A DNA stretch of 64,000 bases, from positions 2,666 through 66,665 of the forward strand of contig JBBTWH010000003.1 of assembly GCA_038062835.1 (NCBI GenBank), written 5' to 3'. The notes under the pieces were generated by a model. That model worked only from the letters and a program-made list of their open reading frames with translations. It ran no database searches and had not been told where the DNA came from. A program made the position numbers and the translations under genes. The stretch comes from Patescibacteria group bacterium. GTDB taxonomy: Bacteria > Patescibacteriota > Patescibacteriia > SG8-24 > DYFX01. Positions 62,117 to 64,000 of the stretch are shown one piece after another. Position 1 is the stretch's first letter; each line of letters begins with the position of its first letter.

Positions 62117-64000
62117 GCGGTTCCCATGCATGACGCCCGCGTACAATCCGTCGCTTTGACCCTCGCGATCGTGACGATCGTGAGTTTCGTCGTGCCTGCG
62201 GAGACGCTGGCGGCCACGGCCTCGGACAAGTTCGTCCGCCTCTCCAACAACTACATGAAGGCGGGCATCACGCTCCCCTCTTCTGACTGGGCGACGCTCT
62301 CGAAGTACGACGTGCTCGTGCTTCCGGCCGAGGCGCAGATCTTCAACCCGGATTTCTTCCCGACAGTGCGCCGCTTGAACCCGGACATCGTCATCTTGGC
62401 GTACATTCCCACCAAGAGCTACGCGCAAGTCTGGAGCGACAACCCGATGGACACGCTCCATCCCAAGCTCAAGGCGCGCACCGACGAATCGATGCGGCTG
62501 CGCGAACCCGGAGGCAAGATCCTGTCCGTCTGGCCGGGGACGCTTTCGTATAACGTGAACTCCGGTTGGGCCGATGCGCTCCCCCGCTTCGTGAAGGAGG
62601 ACATCATGGCCTCCGGCAAATGGGACGGCATCTTCTACGACGAGACTTCGGCCACCATCTCGTGGCTCAACGGCGGCAACGTCGACGTGAGCGGCGACGG
62701 TTTGAAGGACGATCAGGCCACGGCTGACCGACTATGGGAGGCCGGGATGGTCAAAATTTTGAAGACCACCCGCGAACTGCTCGGCGCTTGCGCGGTCATC
62801 ATCACCAACGGCGATTCCGACCCGGACCTCCAGCCGTACGTCAACGGCCGCATGTTCGAGACGTTCCCGACGCCGTGGGAATACGACGGCAGCTGGGCCA
62901 CCGTCATGAACAACTATCTCGGGTTGCAGAAGAAAGTCGGCTACCCGGCCGTCTTCCTCATCAACAGCAACACGAACAACACCGGCAACAGGGACGATTT
63001 CCAGAAGATGCGCTTCGGACTGGCCTCGACCTTGATGGGCGACGGCTTCTTCCAGTTCGACTACGGCGACAACGATCATGGCCAGACCTGGATGTACGAC
63101 GAATACGACGCCTACCTGGGCAAGCCTGTCGGCGAGGCGCACAACCTGACGGGTCAGACCAATCCCGTGAGGGACGGCGTCTGGCGCCGTGACTTCCAGC
63201 ACGGAACCGTCATCGTGAACTCCACGAACGAAGCCAAGACCGCGGACCTCGACGCCGATTTCGAGCGCCTGCACGGCGCGCAGGATCCCGCCGTCAACAA
63301 CGGCGAGATTTCCAGCGTCGTGACGATTCCCGCCAAGGACGGCCTCATCCTCCTGCGTCCGCTCGAGCGCGTCTCCGAAGCCGCCTACAGGAACGGCGCC
63401 TTCATGCGCATCCTCACCGGCGAAGGCGCGGTCCATCGCAACGGCTTCTTCGCCTACGACGAGCGCCGAAAGGGCGGCGTCGACCTGGCCGAGTTCCGCC
63501 CTGCGGCGTCGAGCGAGAAATCCACCATCGTCGCGAAGGGCAATCACCTCGAACTCTACGACGCGCAGGACCGGCTCGTGCGTTCCGTCGCCCCGTTCGG
63601 CGACAGCTGGAACCGCGGACTGACCTTCGGCTACGGCAAGGCCGGCGGCAAGACCTACGTCGCCGCGGGCGCGGGGCAAGGCGGCGCTCCGTACGTGCGC
63701 ATCTATACGGAAGGTCTCGAGCCCGTCACCGACGCGTTCTTCGCCTACAGCGAGCGATTCCTGGGCGGCGTGAACGTGGCGGTCGGCGACCTCGACGGAG
63801 ACGGAAGTCCCGACGTCGTAGCCGGCGCCGGTCCGGGCGGAGGGCCGCACGTGCGCGTCTTCAACAAGGACAAGGCCGTGATGGCGCAGTTCTTCGCCTA
63901 CGACCAGCGGTTCCGCGGCGGCGTGTACGTCGCGATGGGCGACGTCGACGGCGATAAGACCCAGGAAATCGTGACCGGTCCGGGCTTCGGCGGCGGACCG
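62117..64000 (+). CDS. Secreted glycoside-hydrolase-like (GH114/GHL-type TIM barrel) protein with C-terminal FG-GAP repeats (partial; runs off right edge)
   Basis: My own translation of 62117-64000 gives 628 codons without a stop: signal peptide, then VLVLP...IVILAYI...GIFYDE...NGRMFE barrel-like strands, then GDLDGDGSPDVVAGAGPGGGPHVRVF / GDVDGDKTQEIVTGPGFGGGP FG-GAP repeats; absent from the ORF table because there is no stop in the window. Confidence 0.55.

Noticed and set aside
62732-63850. 372-aa minus ORF and 62093..62461(-)
   Set aside because: Antisense to the continuous plus-strand frame 62117..64000, which has a signal peptide and FG-GAP repeats
1-64000. tRNA/rRNA genes and IS/transposase or integrase genes
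   Set aside because: No intergenic segment shows a tRNA cloverleaf with conserved T-loop (GTTCGA...) or rRNA-like conservation; no ORF with DDE/tyrosine-recombinase motifs was seen

Overview
This 64 kb window is a GC-rich (about 65%) bacterial chromosomal segment with long ORFs in several frames. I accepted ORFs only where amino-acid composition or recognisable motifs supported them, and most accepted genes lie on the minus strand.

Housekeeping genes (left to right):
- Three GT2 glycosyltransferases, one of them a processive membrane synthase with a QxxRW motif.
- A truncated TsaB-like gene, then rplJ-rplL standing apart from the usual rplKA/rpoBC genes.
- Two lipoproteins, a P-loop NTPase, a UMP kinase (pyrH-like), and exonuclease VII subunits xseA/xseB.
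- A Kelch-repeat protein and a TPR protein.
- A cluster of tiny secreted or Cys-rich proteins that includes a 62-aa metallothionein-like gene.
- A large surface protein with thrombospondin-type Ca-binding repeats, an orphan sensor histidine kinase, a uridine-kinase/CYTH fusion and a RecB-like nuclease.
- A cyclophilin lipoprotein, murG, ftsW, lon and a HIT hydrolase.

The right half (about 32.5-64 kb) looks like a cell-surface glycoprotein island:
- Glycan-assembly genes: GT-C-type membrane glycosyltransferases, a CDP-alcohol phosphatidyltransferase, GT4 and GT2 enzymes, DUF2304, and a UDP-glucuronate decarboxylase.
- A subtilisin (S8) protease followed by a head-to-tail array of four giant secreted paralogs (890-1254 aa).
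- The last two giant genes share a perfect 1.47 kb DNA duplication.
- All four share a roughly 140-aa N-terminal module that also forms the C-terminus of the S8 protease.
- The island also holds an ECF sigma/anti-sigma pair, an HTH protein, and a partial glycoside-hydrolase-like/FG-GAP gene at the right edge.

Intergenic structure recurs throughout the window:
- A family of GC hairpin repeats with GUGA/UUCG-type tetraloops, present in at least eight copies including a three-unit tandem array.
- A reiterated terminator-plus-promoter cassette built on CCGTCAAACGAAAA.
- Extended -10 elements of the TGCTA type very close to start codons, implying leaderless or short-leader mRNAs.
- Two paralogous small heptad-repeat proteins encoded with in-frame 21-bp tandem DNA repeats.

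I found no rRNA, tRNA, CRISPR array or obvious transposase. The gene content (truncated TsaB, archaeal-type UMP kinase, many glycosyltransferases, giant surface proteins) fits a CPR/Patescibacteria-like or other cell-wall-specialised lineage, but I cannot prove taxonomy from sequence alone. Coordinates I located by counting bases in the printed sequence may be off by one.
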